Of a DNA stretch of 64,000 nt, positions 49,919 to 59,582 are shown piece after piece; position 1 is the stretch's first letter; every line of letters begins with the position of its first letter. The position numbers and the translations under genes were made by a program. Location of the stretch: contig JAJRZQ010000036.1 in the NCBI GenBank assembly GCA_024275165.1, positions 16,293-80,292 of the forward strand, in the 5' to 3' direction. Origin of the DNA: a bacterium (GTDB taxonomy: Bacteria; SAR324; XYD2-FULL-50-16). A model generated the notes under the pieces. It did no database searches and was not told the DNA's origin. It saw only the letters and a program-made list of their open reading frames with translations.

Positions 49919-51232
49919 ATGCCACGAATCTTCAATAAGATCAAACTGGGCTTACTCCTCACCGGCACCGAAGTCATGACGGGGGATATCCTCGATTCCA
50001 ATTCCAGCTTTATCGCAAAGGAATTTTTAGGGGTCGGGTTACGCATCCAGGTAAAGGTCGCGGTGCCCGATGAAAAAGGCCAAATCTCTCAAGAAATTAT
50101 AAACTTAACCCAATCGCTCGACCTGCTGATCGTCAATGGCGGGCTCGGGGCGACTTTAGACGATGTCACCGCGGCAGCGGCAGCGGATGCTTGCGGAGTC
50201 GAACTGGCCGCCCATCCCATTGCGGTAGCGCACATTGAACAACGCACGGGAATCAAAAAAGAAGTTGCCCAAAGCCTACAGTTTAAGCAGGCCTTGATGC
50301 CGGTCGGGGCCGAACCCATAGATAACCCCGTGGGCACGGCCTTGGGGTTTTACTTGCTCTTGCATGGCTGCCATTGCTATTTTACCCCCGGGGTGCCCTT
50401 GGAGATGAAAGCGATGGTGACAGGCCCGATCATGCGACAGGTCATGGAGGATTTTGCCTTAAAAAAACCAGTGGAGATCCTGCGGTTTTTTGTTTTGGGC
50501 TTAGGGGAGAGCCGAATTCAGCAGATCATTCAAGGGCAGGTGCCCGCAGAAACCTTAGAGCGAATTTTTTTGGGTTTTCGGGTAGAAGCCCCCATGGTGG
50601 AGGCGAAACTCACCTGTTTTGAGCAAGAGGATTTAAGCTTACTGCATGAAACCGCGGCAGTGGTACAAAGCTTACTCTCCGATTACATCGTGAGCAAGGC
50701 CGACCCCTTGCCCGCCCGCGTCAATCAACTCCTGCGGGCTCAAGGGCAATCTCTCGCCCTGGCCGAATCCTGCACCGGCGGCTTGATCGGAAGCTATATC
50801 ACCAGTGTGGCGGGGGCCTCGGATGTATTGGAGGCGGGCTTTGTCACCTATTCCTATCAAAGCAAAACCAAACTTTTAGGGGTACCGGCAGACCTTTTGG
50901 CCGATTCCGGCGCGGTCTGCAAAGAGGTCGTGCTGGCAATGGCCCAGGGCGCCTTGACCCAAAGCTCTGCCCATTGGGCGCTGGCGGTCAGCGGGATCGC
51001 CGGCCCCGGAGGGGGCACACCGGAAAAGCCCATCGGCACGGTTTTTATTGCCTGGGGGAATAAAGAAAAAATCATCACCCGTAAATTATGGATTCGGCGA
51101 GAGCGCACCCAGTTTCAGCATTACACGGCCATGGCCGCCTTAGACCTGCTACGCCGCCAGTTGCAGGGCTTGCCGACCGACAAACCCTATTATTTCGACA
51201 GCCTGACCAATCACCTACTGTCCATGGGGTAG
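49919..51232 (+). CDS. cinA: CinA family protein (NMN deamidase fusion)
   Basis: GTEVMTG.ILDSN, GGLG..DDVT, PGVP.E, AESCTGG, SGIAGPGGG. Confidence 0.93.
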   Translation: MPRIFNKIKLGLLLTGTEVMTGDILDSNSSFIAKEFLGVGLRIQVKVAVPDEKGQISQEIINLTQSLDLLIVNGGLGATLDDVTAAAAADACGVELAAHPIAVAHIEQRTGIKKEVAQSLQFKQALMPVGAEPIDNPVGTALGFYLLLHGCHCYFTPGVPLEMKAMVTGPIMRQVMEDFALKKPVEILRFFVLGLGESRIQQIIQGQVPAETLERIFLGFRVEAPMVEAKLTCFEQEDLSLLHETAAVVQSLLSDYIVSKADPLPARVNQLLRAQGQSLALAESCTGGLIGSYITSVAGASDVLEAGFVTYSYQSKTKLLGVPADLLADSGAVCKEVVLAMAQGALTQSSAHWALAVSGIAGPGGGTPEKPIGTVFIAWGNKEKIITRKLWIRRERTQFQHYTAMAALDLLRRQLQGLPTDKPYYFDSLTNHLLSMG

Positions 51233-51375
51233 GGTTTCGTTTCCCCCCTTGTTTGCCTTTCCCTGCCCAAAGAAACCATCAGGATAGAAAAGCGCTTGAC
51301 GAAAAGAAAAAAATAAAGAAAAAATTAAGGATTCAAGATTTACCGCTGGTTAGCGGAAGAAAAACCAAAGGAACT

Positions 51376-51585
51376 ATGGAAATCAGAATCGTCAACAATC
51401 AGGTTGAACGGGGAATGCGCGAATTAAAACGCCTGCTCATTCGCGAAGGGCTCTTTAAAGAACTAAAAAAACGCCGTTACTACGCTAAGCCAAGCGTGAA
51501 AACAAAACTAAAACGCGAAGAAGCGGAAAAAACCCGCCATAAAGACCGCAAACGAGCCGTTGCCCGAGCTAAAAACTTTTTGTAG
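51376..51585 (+). CDS. rpsU: 30S ribosomal protein S21
   Basis: MEIRIVNNQVERGMRELKR...ELKKRRYYAKPS. Confidence 0.93.
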   Translation: MEIRIVNNQVERGMRELKRLLIREGLFKELKKRRYYAKPSVKTKLKREEAEKTRHKDRKRAVARAKNFL

Positions 51586-51679
51586 GCTGCTCTGCCTTTA
51601 AAAATTGCCTTTTTGTGGATTCCTTTTAATCCGCCGAATCCATAAAGCTTACCCTGCCCTGTCATGGGGCAGAAGCAAT

Positions 51680-51718
51680 AAAAAACCCCGAATGCCTTGC
51701 GCTAACGGGTTTTTTTTT
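51680..51718. terminator. Probable bidirectional terminator
   Basis: A-tract-CCCG...CGGG-T-tract between convergent genes; large loop. Confidence 0.5.
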
Positions 51719-51720
51719 GC

Positions 51721-52482
51721 CTAGACCCCCAAACCCCTAAGCTTGAACTCCGCCGCCATGGCTTGGGCCTTGGACATTTCCTTTTCCGTGAAATCTCGCG
51801 CCCGCGCCCGCCCCTGCCATACATCAGCAAATGCCCCTTCCAAGGCTTGGGTGAGCAAGGACAAGGCAAAGGAGTAACCCGCCTCGCTCAAACCGGTAAA
51901 GCGTTCCCCATCCGCATTCGGCCACAGGGCTAGCCATAAATCAAGGTCGCGCTTGAGTAAAATAGCGCCATGCTGTAAAAGCCGCTTCCCCTGCCGCCGT
52001 TGCGCTGAGCCGATAAGCTTTTTCCCCTCCAACAACAGCTCATAGGCGGAGGGTTCTAAAAAGCAGTGGCTCCCCCGGGGTTTGAATTTTTTGTATTCCC
52101 CTGAGGTCACCGCGACTCCTAGAGAGGTCAGAGCCTTGCTGAGCGGTCTGGACAAAAAACGGTAGGACTCCAAAACCCCCTGGGGTAAAGGCGGAATCGA
52201 GCCGACAAAGCTGTAGGTTAGTTCGTGCTGGTGCAATACCGCTTGGCCCCCCGTATCTCTCCTCACCAAGGCGCAAGCCTTTAAGGCCTCTTGGTTTAAG
52301 TCGTGAAAGTCCTTTTGGTTGCGCCCTAAGGATAAGGTCGGCTGAGACCAACCATAAAGACGAAACACGCTCTCTGTTCCTTGCAGCAACAAGCGGTCGA
52401 GGGCCATGTTCAAGGCAGGCTCATAGACCCCATAGGGGATCAAGCGAATTTGACCCAAATTATTAATCCAGCTAGCATCCAT
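51721..52482 (-). CDS. Lipoate-protein ligase family (LipM-like octanoyltransferase)
   Basis: NMALD, RLYGW..PTLSLG, RRDTGG.AVLH..ELTYS, CF, KKLIGSAQ, QHG. Confidence 0.88.
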   Translation of the reverse strand: MDASWINNLGQIRLIPYGVYEPALNMALDRLLLQGTESVFRLYGWSQPTLSLGRNQKDFHDLNQEALKACALVRRDTGGQAVLHQHELTYSFVGSIPPLPQGVLESYRFLSRPLSKALTSLGVAVTSGEYKKFKPRGSHCFLEPSAYELLLEGKKLIGSAQRRQGKRLLQHGAILLKRDLDLWLALWPNADGERFTGLSEAGYSFALSLLTQALEGAFADVWQGRARARDFTEKEMSKAQAMAAEFKLRGLGV

Positions 52483-52506
52483 GAATCCATCTCACCTGAA
52501 ACAACC

Positions 52507-53403
52507 ATGATGCGCAAGCCCCAGAGATTACCCAAACCCCCTTGGCTGAAGGTGCGACTCCCCCAAGGAAAAGGTTGGCAAACACTTGCGGGCCTAACCC
52601 AAAGCCTCGCCTTGCCCACGGTTTGCGAGGAAGCGAAATGCCCCAACCTCGGTGAATGTTGGGGGGGAGGAACCGCGACCTTCATGCTTTTAGGCGAGGT
52701 CTGCACCCGCGCCTGCCGATTTTGCTCTGTGCAGACCCAGGGGCGGCCCCCCTTACCCGATCCAACAGAACCGGCAAGACTGGCAGAAAGCTTAACAAGC
52801 TTAAACCTGAACTATCTGGTTTTAACCTCGGTGGATCGAGACGACCTGCCCGATCAAGGGGCGGCGCACCTTCTCGCTTGCGTGGCCGCCGCTCAAGCGC
52901 AGGACCCCACCTTAAAAATCGAACTGCTCATGCCCGATTTTCGAGGGGATCCAAAGATCGTCGAAAAAATGACCGGATTAGGGGTCGCGGTTTTAGGGCA
53001 CAATATAGAATGTGTGCGCTCAAAAAGCGTGACCGTGCGCGACCCCCGCTGTGGCTATGAGCAATCCTTAGAGGTCTTAAAAAAAATTAAAAGCGTCAAC
53101 AGGGACCAAAAGACCAAATCCGGTTTCATGTTGGGTTTTGGAGAGGAAAAAGAAGAAATCTTAGAGACCTTCGCCGACCTACGAGAGGCAGGAGTGGATT
53201 TTTTAACCCTCGGTCAATACTTGCAGCCACAAAAGACCAAACTCCCGGTGAGCCGTTATTGGAGCCCCGAGGAATTTGAGGAATTAAAGCTTGAGGCAAT
53301 GAGCTTTGGTTTCAGCTATGTCGCTGCCGGCCCTCTGGTGCGCAGCAGTTACAAGGCCTTTGAGCAATGGATGCTGGGGCAGGCCCATGAGCGGACGATT
53401 TAA
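52507..53403 (+). CDS. lipA: Lipoyl synthase
   Basis: CEEAKCPNLGEC, CTRACRFC, GQYLQP, VRSSY. Confidence 0.96.
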   Translation: MMRKPQRLPKPPWLKVRLPQGKGWQTLAGLTQSLALPTVCEEAKCPNLGECWGGGTATFMLLGEVCTRACRFCSVQTQGRPPLPDPTEPARLAESLTSLNLNYLVLTSVDRDDLPDQGAAHLLACVAAAQAQDPTLKIELLMPDFRGDPKIVEKMTGLGVAVLGHNIECVRSKSVTVRDPRCGYEQSLEVLKKIKSVNRDQKTKSGFMLGFGEEKEEILETFADLREAGVDFLTLGQYLQPQKTKLPVSRYWSPEEFEELKLEAMSFGFSYVAAGPLVRSSYKAFEQWMLGQAHERTI

Positions 53404-54103
53404 AACCATACAAGCCCGCTTGGGCAAGGCCTTTCCCTTACCCGGTTGGTGCTTTGGCTGCCAAACTTTTTTGCCCCGAGCGACTCCTCCCTGGCTCTGC
53501 CGAAACTGCATCCAAAAACTGCCCCATTGGCAGGAGGGGATTTGTCTAGCCTGCGGCCATGTTCATCATTTAAGCGACTGTCAAGAAGATTGGACCTTGG
53601 TATTGGATCATTTCCACGCGGTGTTTGCTTATGTAGACCCGATTCGCGAATGGCTCTCTCGCTTTAAGTATGGGGGGAATTTAAACGGGGGGCGCATTTT
53701 AAAGGCTCTGCTCGCGAATTACTTCAACCAACACCCCCAATTGCTTGAATCTGTGGATTTAATTCTACCCGTGCCCAGTCACCCTAAAAAATTAGTCCAG
53801 CGGGGGCTGAATGTCCCGGCCTATTTGCTGGATCTACCCGGGCTCAGCCCAACCAACGGGGCCGCGAAAAAAATAAAGGAAACCTCTTCCCAAGCGGGGC
53901 TGCATTCTAAAGAACGGCAGCGAAACCTAAGCCGCGCTTTTGCGGCAAACCCCGCGGAAGTCGAGGGGAAAAGCGTGCTGCTTTTTGACGATGTCTGCAC
54001 CACCGGGGCAACCTTAGAAGAATTGGCCCTGACTTTAAAAAGAACGGGGGCAAACTCGGTGGGGGCTTGGGTTTTAGCTCGAGCGGTCAAGGGAGGGGCC
54101 TAG
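53387..54103 (+). CDS. comF: ComF family phosphoribosyltransferase-like protein
   Basis: N-terminal Cys zinc ribbons, PVP, RGLN, LFDDVCTTGAT. Confidence 0.9.
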   Translation: MSGRFKTIQARLGKAFPLPGWCFGCQTFLPRATPPWLCRNCIQKLPHWQEGICLACGHVHHLSDCQEDWTLVLDHFHAVFAYVDPIREWLSRFKYGGNLNGGRILKALLANYFNQHPQLLESVDLILPVPSHPKKLVQRGLNVPAYLLDLPGLSPTNGAAKKIKETSSQAGLHSKERQRNLSRAFAANPAEVEGKSVLLFDDVCTTGATLEELALTLKRTGANSVGAWVLARAVKGGA

Positions 54104-54138
54104 GCCGCTCACAGCCCCCTCCGCTGAGTTCCGCTCAG

Positions 54139-54349
54139 GGAAACTCTGAAAAACGCGGAGGTTCCCCGCAAGGCAGGGATGCCTTGCCAAATCAAAAAGC
54201 GGTACTTATTGATTCGCGTTGGGATTGTGGATTTCATTCCCAGCAGAAAAGACGGGAAAACTTGACGCGTCCCAAGGGCTATAATCAGCCCGAAGGGCAC
54301 GAACCTACCGCTTGAACAAGCGGTAGGCAAGGAGTTTTTCAGAGGGTCC
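54139..54349. mobile_element. MITE copy 2 (inverted relative to copy 1)
   Basis: TIRs GGAAACTCTGAAAAAC / GTTTTTCAGAGGGTCC; hairpin CCTACCGCTTG-AA-CAAGCGGTAGG. Confidence 0.85.
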
Positions 54350-55527
54350 TAAGGTACTAAGGAAACTTTTTTTTCCCAAAGGAGATATTCATTGGCGATG
54401 GATTGGTCCAAGGCAGCCTGAATCCACTTCCGGCCCTCTTTGAGGCTCGGGTTTCGCAAACTGGCCAGATAAAATTGGCGGTAAAACTCATCGGGTTTCA
54501 CCGTCAATTGAACTCGCAACCATTGGGCTGAACCGGCTTTGCCTGCCCGATATTCTATCTCTCGGCTCTGTTTTGGCATCAACCGGGTGTCATAAAGTTC
54601 TTGGCTTAAATCCAGAGTTACTTTTCTCCCAATATAAGCGAATTGCCGGGTCGCCTCCAAGGGCTGCCCCGCTTGATCTAACTGGACAAACTCCAATTGA
54701 AGCAAAGGAGTCACATAGGTAGGGAGCGCATGACCCGCCCCTTGATTGGTTAAGATCAGGTTCGCGACGACCTCACCTTGTTCCTGACTGGATCCCTGCC
54801 ACTGGACCGCCAAGCCCGCCTTGACCATATCCGGGTCATGGATACCCCTCCATAAATGTCTGCGCCCCGGCATGTGACAGTTTTGGCAGGTTATCCCATT
54901 TTCAGCGTAGTCGCTGGCTTTCCACTCCTCATAGGTGTTTTCCAACAGCTTTTTATTGAGTTGGTAGCCCTCTGCATCAAATTGATGGCAAGTAACGCAA
55001 AAATTGGGATTCTCAAATTCTGGACGAATCTCATAGCCTGCATGAGCTTTGGAGGATCGGGTCGCTGTTTTGGTTTGCGGCGGCCCGAAAATTTTCCATT
55101 GGCGCAGATGGCAAGAGGCGCAGACCAACCCCTGTTGATGGAGACCCGGCGAGGCAAGCCCCTGCTCGGCCCCTTGGATTTGCTCGGCCAAGGGCGCGTG
55201 GCAATGCATGCATTGCCTCTGCTCCCCCTGACCCGGAGAGTCAAGGTACTGCCCTAAGAGCCCCGGCCCCATCGCCGCGGCGTGCCGGCTCCCCTGCCAA
55301 TCCACAAATTGACTCCCATGACAGGCCCCACAGCTTTGAGGGGACAGATCCATTTGGGCAAAGGCCTGCCCTGGAGGTTTTTCCCCTTGAGGGGCTAAAG
55401 GCCGCTGCCAATGCGCTTTCAGCCAGGCCTTTTGCTGGGGGTTGTCGTAAAAAGGGGCCTTTTTCTCACAAGAACTCAGGAGCAAGCCCAGCAACAAAAG
55501 AGGAAAAAATACTGTAACCCGATTCAT
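54349..55527 (-). CDS. Pentaheme cytochrome c lipoprotein (c554-like)
   Basis: Lipobox LSSC; CGACH, CMHCH, CASCH, CVTCH, CQNCH; GAGHALPT. Confidence 0.9.
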   Translation of the reverse strand: MNRVTVFFPLLLLGLLLSSCEKKAPFYDNPQQKAWLKAHWQRPLAPQGEKPPGQAFAQMDLSPQSCGACHGSQFVDWQGSRHAAAMGPGLLGQYLDSPGQGEQRQCMHCHAPLAEQIQGAEQGLASPGLHQQGLVCASCHLRQWKIFGPPQTKTATRSSKAHAGYEIRPEFENPNFCVTCHQFDAEGYQLNKKLLENTYEEWKASDYAENGITCQNCHMPGRRHLWRGIHDPDMVKAGLAVQWQGSSQEQGEVVANLILTNQGAGHALPTYVTPLLQLEFVQLDQAGQPLEATRQFAYIGRKVTLDLSQELYDTRLMPKQSREIEYRAGKAGSAQWLRVQLTVKPDEFYRQFYLASLRNPSLKEGRKWIQAALDQSIANEYLLWEKKVSLVP

Positions 55528-55537
55528 AAAGAATGCG

Positions 55538-55563
55538 ATGGGGGAGGCTTCAGCCTCCCCCAT
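55538..55563. other. Perfect intercistronic hairpin
   Basis: ATGGGGGAGGCT-TC-AGCCTCCCCCAT. Confidence 0.65.
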
Positions 55564-55591
55564 GAAGGTGATGGATACAAGAACCCCAAAA

Positions 55592-56197
55592 CTACATCGC
55601 GCAGGGGTTGCCCTTCATGTGTTGTTTCATCTCCATTCCGCAGGGATTTTTCATCGCGCAGGGGTTGCCCTTCATGTGTTGTTTCATCTCCATCCCGCAG
55701 GGGTTTTTCATCGCGCAGGGGTTGCCCTTCATGTGTTGTTTCATCTCCATCCCGCAGGGATTTGCCGCGCCACGGGGCATGGTCTTGGCCATGTGATCGT
55801 AATAGGCGACCATAGCCTGCATTTTTGGCCCATCAACAGCAATCGCCTTCCCCTTCAAGGGAGTCGTAATGCAATAGTTGATCATCTCAGGTAGGGTGAC
55901 CTCTTTGTTCGGCATCTTCACAAAATGGGGAAAGGCAAGGTCTAACTTCAACAAGGCCCCACCAGCATGACAAGAGGTACAGGAGCGATCATTCATCCCT
56001 AAGCTTGTGTCACTCCAAAGAGCTTTTCCCTTTCCCTCTAAACTACAAGGGTTTAAGGCCGCCGCGCTACAGGGGTTTTCCATTTTTTGGCTCGGAGCCT
56101 TCGCTGTTGTAGTTTTCACCTTTTCTGCGGGTTTATCACAACCAACAAGAAATAAAGAAGCCGCAAGGAATAAAAGCAAAACAAAGTTAATTCTCAT
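55592..56197 (-). CDS. Monoheme cytochrome c lipoprotein with NPC/Met/His-rich repeats
   Basis: Lipobox LVGC; CTSCH; eight NPC motifs. Confidence 0.88.
   Translation of the reverse strand: MRINFVLLLFLAASLFLVGCDKPAEKVKTTTAKAPSQKMENPCSAAALNPCSLEGKGKALWSDTSLGMNDRSCTSCHAGGALLKLDLAFPHFVKMPNKEVTLPEMINYCITTPLKGKAIAVDGPKMQAMVAYYDHMAKTMPRGAANPCGMEMKQHMKGNPCAMKNPCGMEMKQHMKGNPCAMKNPCGMEMKQHMKGNPCAM
55595..55763. repeat. Three 57-bp coding tandem repeats
   Basis: Units start at 55595, 55652 and 55709 and encode NPCGMEMKQHMKGNPCAMK. Confidence 0.95.
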
Positions 56198-56229
56198 CGG
56201 GAAACTCCAATTTTAGGGTTTTAAAATTT

Positions 56230-56258
56230 ATTATAAAAATAAAGCAAAAAAATGTCTA
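56230..56258 (-). promoter_or_regulatory. Sigma70 promoter of the cytochrome pair
   Basis: TAGACA-17-TATAAT. Confidence 0.65.
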
Positions 56259-56462
56259 TATTCTTACCCTTATTTTTCCCTAAGGCATTCGGAAAAATTT
56301 TTAGAAAGGTTACATTATTATTTGCGGCGTTTACTCCAAAAATACCAGAAAAGCCCAATGGCAAGGGCAATCCCCAGCACAATCAAGACTTCCGACAAAC
56401 TATTGGCCTGTTGGTGCTTTCTAAAAGCCTTGGCCGTACCCAAAGGGGAATAGGCTAAAAGT

Positions 56463-57617
56463 TCATGTAGAGGACTCAGCAATAGAAGATTCATATTGTT
56501 CTCGCATAAAAAGGGTTGCCCCTAAGCTTGCCAGGGCAGCAAGCCAAACCGGGGAGGAGAGGTAATAGGCAAAATGAAGAGGCACTAAAAAGAAAAGGAC
56601 ATACCGAAATCGAACCTCCCTCATTAAGGGTAAAAGAGGAACGAGATACCAGGGGAAGCCGGGAGGGGTGATTAAAAAAAGCAACCCTAAGACCCAAACC
56701 CCCTCTTGCAAAAAAGGCTTGGACCAAAGCCAAAAAAAACCGAGCGGTAGGCCGATTCCGGCTAAAATAATCCTTGCCAAGTCCTGATCCAAGGCAAGGC
56801 GTAAAAGAAGGTAAAAGGGGCTGACCCCATCTAAGGAACGATAAAAAACCAGCAGACCGGCAAAGGGGTGCAGGGGGTAAAAGGGAAGAAAGCCAAGCAA
56901 CAAAACCCCCAAAAAACCTAAACTCGCCTTTAGGCGAGCCGGCGCGTCCAGCCGCATCAACCAGGGCAACAAGACCAAAGCAGGGGTAAACTTAATTAAG
57001 CTCGCCAACCCCAGGCCGACCCCCGCCCCCCAGGCCCGCCCCCGCAACATCAACCCCAGCGCAAGAAACAAAAAGGGGAGAACCCAAGCGTCAATATGAG
57101 CGGAATGAAACAATTCTTGCTGAACCAGCGGGCAAAATAAAGTGAGACCAATAGCTTGTTTTCCCCTTTCCCTTCCCCAGGTGAATAATGCGGCCCCGCA
57201 AAACAACAGCAGCCCAAAGCCATTGAGCAGCCGTAAAGCGGCCAAACCGGAACCGCTCCAGGCAGCAAGGGCAAAAAGGCCCTCTGCCAAGGGGGGGTAA
57301 ATTGTCGGGATTTCCGGCTTGGGCACCCAATGCCGAGCAAAAAGAGGCAGGTCAAGGGGCCGTTTCCCGTAAGGAATAATCCCCTTTAAGAGCAATTTAC
57401 CATCAAAGAGATAGCGCAGGTAGTCATCGGCTAAAATCGCGGGCTCCCCCAAGCGCAGCAATAGGGGAACAAACCCCAAGCCTAAAACCCACCAGGGGAT
57501 GGAAAAACGATCCTTTGCATAAAACAAGCAAAGATAGCCCCCCCAAGCCAAACCCAATTGCCATAAAAAAGGAATGGGCAAAAGCCAAGGTAAGAGGGGG
57601 AGCGCATAGATGAGCAT
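56463..57617 (-). CDS. GT-C (GT87/DUF2029-like) membrane glycosyltransferase
   Basis: Multi-TM; DDYLRYLFDG, IYPP, AHID, K..P, PWY. Confidence 0.8.
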   Translation of the reverse strand: MLIYALPLLPWLLPIPFLWQLGLAWGGYLCLFYAKDRFSIPWWVLGLGFVPLLLRLGEPAILADDYLRYLFDGKLLLKGIIPYGKRPLDLPLFARHWVPKPEIPTIYPPLAEGLFALAAWSGSGLAALRLLNGFGLLLFCGAALFTWGRERGKQAIGLTLFCPLVQQELFHSAHIDAWVLPFLFLALGLMLRGRAWGAGVGLGLASLIKFTPALVLLPWLMRLDAPARLKASLGFLGVLLLGFLPFYPLHPFAGLLVFYRSLDGVSPFYLLLRLALDQDLARIILAGIGLPLGFFWLWSKPFLQEGVWVLGLLFLITPPGFPWYLVPLLPLMREVRFRYVLFFLVPLHFAYYLSSPVWLAALASLGATLFMREQYESSIAESST

Positions 57618-57626
57618 CCTTCCCGC

Positions 57627-58379
57627 CTAATCTGCAAGAGGAGGATAAAACCGGCGCAGCAACCGAGAGGGCACCCTCAAGCGGTAAGCGATGAGAATGC
57701 TGAGATTCTCAAAAAGAGTGCGCAATACACCTCGCACCCTGTATCGACGAGCGGAAACCTGGATTTTCCCAAAAGCTTGGGGCGGCCCCAGGCTTTTTCT
57801 CGCTTGGGTGGTAAAATGTAAATCCTCCAAAAAATCACCTTGAAAGGGGGCCTCTTTCCAAAAGGACTTTGGAAAAAGCAGCCCATTGCTCCCCACCAGC
57901 AAACCCAAAGACCGAAATACCTTGCTCTGCCCCCAGGCCGAGAGACTCAAGCCCCAATGGAGCAAATCGTAAACCTTGTAAAACCCCCCCCAGGCCAAGG
58001 GGGCGGCCTTCTCCAGCTGGACGAGAAACCCCGCCTGGGGTAGGCAGTCTTCATGCAGCAAGAGAATTTGTTCCCCCTGGCTTTGGAGAATCGCATAATT
58101 AAAGGCGGCGGCACGACTGGGCCGCAGCAAGGGGAGGGGGAAAAGACGCAAAAAAGGGAGCTTTTGTTCCTCCAGCCAAGGCAAAAGCTGGGGTACCGCA
58201 GGGGGAAGGAAACTTTCTACAATGATCCATTCGAGGTCACCTCGATCTTCAAAGAGTTCCAGCCAGCGCAACCAAAAGGCATCGGGCAGATCCGAATTTG
58301 CGGGGTGATAGGCCGCAATCACCACGCTCAGCCTCTTAGGAGAGACCGAACGCGCGAGGCCTTGCCGAGCCCTATCCAT
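57627..58379 (-). CDS. GT2 glycosyltransferase, TIGR04283-like
   Basis: LSVVIA, RAAAFN, LLLHED, LED, VSARRY..RGVLRT...Y.L.VP...L.RFY. Confidence 0.75.
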   Translation of the reverse strand: MDRARQGLARSVSPKRLSVVIAAYHPANSDLPDAFWLRWLELFEDRGDLEWIIVESFLPPAVPQLLPWLEEQKLPFLRLFPLPLLRPSRAAAFNYAILQSQGEQILLLHEDCLPQAGFLVQLEKAAPLAWGGFYKVYDLLHWGLSLSAWGQSKVFRSLGLLVGSNGLLFPKSFWKEAPFQGDFLEDLHFTTQARKSLGPPQAFGKIQVSARRYRVRGVLRTLFENLSILIAYRLRVPSRLLRRFYPPLAD

Positions 58380-59547
58380 GTTCTAAAGGGAGCTGAAGAA
58401 AAAAGGTACTCCCCTGACCGCTCCCTTCAGACTCTGCCCAGGTTTCCCCATGATGCAGCAGAACAAGTTCCCGCACTGAATCCAGCCCTAAACCGGTACT
58501 GTTTTTTTTCTCCTTGCCAGGCACCTGGAAAAAGGGCTCAAAAATACGGCTCAAATATTCTTTTTCAATCCCCTCACCGTTGTCTTGAATACTCAAAATG
58601 AGGTCTTGTCCTTGAACTTGGATTTTCCATTGAATATGGTCTTTGGTGTATTTGATCGCGTTGGAGTGGTAATTCTCTAAAACGCGGCTCAACTGAACGG
58701 AGTCGGCCTTGAGGTTCACCGGGTCGCCTAGGATATCGACAGTGATCGCTTTTTCCTCCTGCTGGGGCCTTAAGGCCCCGACCACCTTGTTGAGCATTTC
58801 TTTGATATCGAATTCTTTGATTTTTAAGGCAAGTTGATTGCTTTGCAGCTTGCTTACATCCAACATCATCAACACCAGATTATGTAGAAAATTGGAGCTT
58901 TCCTTGATTTCGCCCAGCATTTCGGAAAATTCCTCTATTTTTTCTGTCAATGCTTCGGGAATCAAATTATTTTCTTTCATTTCTTTAATATCATAAAGCA
59001 TTGCGTCACTATTAGCCCCCCCAACCATAATTCTGTTTTTCATATCGTGGCGGATTTGACTGGCAAGGTTGTCTTGCCGCTTTTTTAATAATACCTGCTG
59101 AGTGATATCAATAAATTGCCCCTGTAGGCCTTTGAGATATTTTAAGTCGTTGTAGTTGGTTAAGGTGGAAAACAAGGAATAATAATGTGTTGAGCCCTCT
59201 ACCAAGACCTCAATCTCCGGTATTTTTGCCCAACCTTGGCGTTCCAATTGGCGTTTAAATTCATCATAATCAGAATCCTTGATCCCAATCTCCGCAAAAA
59301 GCCCCCGGAGAGAACGCCCGAGAATGTTTTTATTGCCGAAAAAACTAGAAAAACGCCGATTCGCGTCCCTTAAAATCAAACCCCGATCCGTAAAAAAACA
59401 ACCGGTGATGGCATTGCTGAAATTAAAGAAACTCAAATCCTGGAGAACTCCGGCAGGGAGAACCGACATCAACAATTTTGGTTCAAGATGAGACAAAAAA
59501 TCCGTAAACAAGTTCCCTAAGGTGTTGTGTGATTGGTCTGGCTTCAT
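58372..59547 (-). CDS. Cytoplasmic PAS-like histidine kinase
   Basis: RHDMKN, ENYHSNAIKY, DNGEGI, FEPF, GLGL; no TM. Confidence 0.88.
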   Translation of the reverse strand: MKPDQSHNTLGNLFTDFLSHLEPKLLMSVLPAGVLQDLSFFNFSNAITGCFFTDRGLILRDANRRFSSFFGNKNILGRSLRGLFAEIGIKDSDYDEFKRQLERQGWAKIPEIEVLVEGSTHYYSLFSTLTNYNDLKYLKGLQGQFIDITQQVLLKKRQDNLASQIRHDMKNRIMVGGANSDAMLYDIKEMKENNLIPEALTEKIEEFSEMLGEIKESSNFLHNLVLMMLDVSKLQSNQLALKIKEFDIKEMLNKVVGALRPQQEEKAITVDILGDPVNLKADSVQLSRVLENYHSNAIKYTKDHIQWKIQVQGQDLILSIQDNGEGIEKEYLSRIFEPFFQVPGKEKKNSTGLGLDSVRELVLLHHGETWAESEGSGQGSTFFLQLPLEHG

Positions 59548-59582
59548 GGGGCCCCTCTAGCGCAAGGTTGAGTAAAAAATAG

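Noticed and set aside
55595..55763. CRISPR-like periodic repeat
   Set aside because: Units are contiguous 57-mers with no unique spacers, lie in frame in a gene, and no cas genes are present
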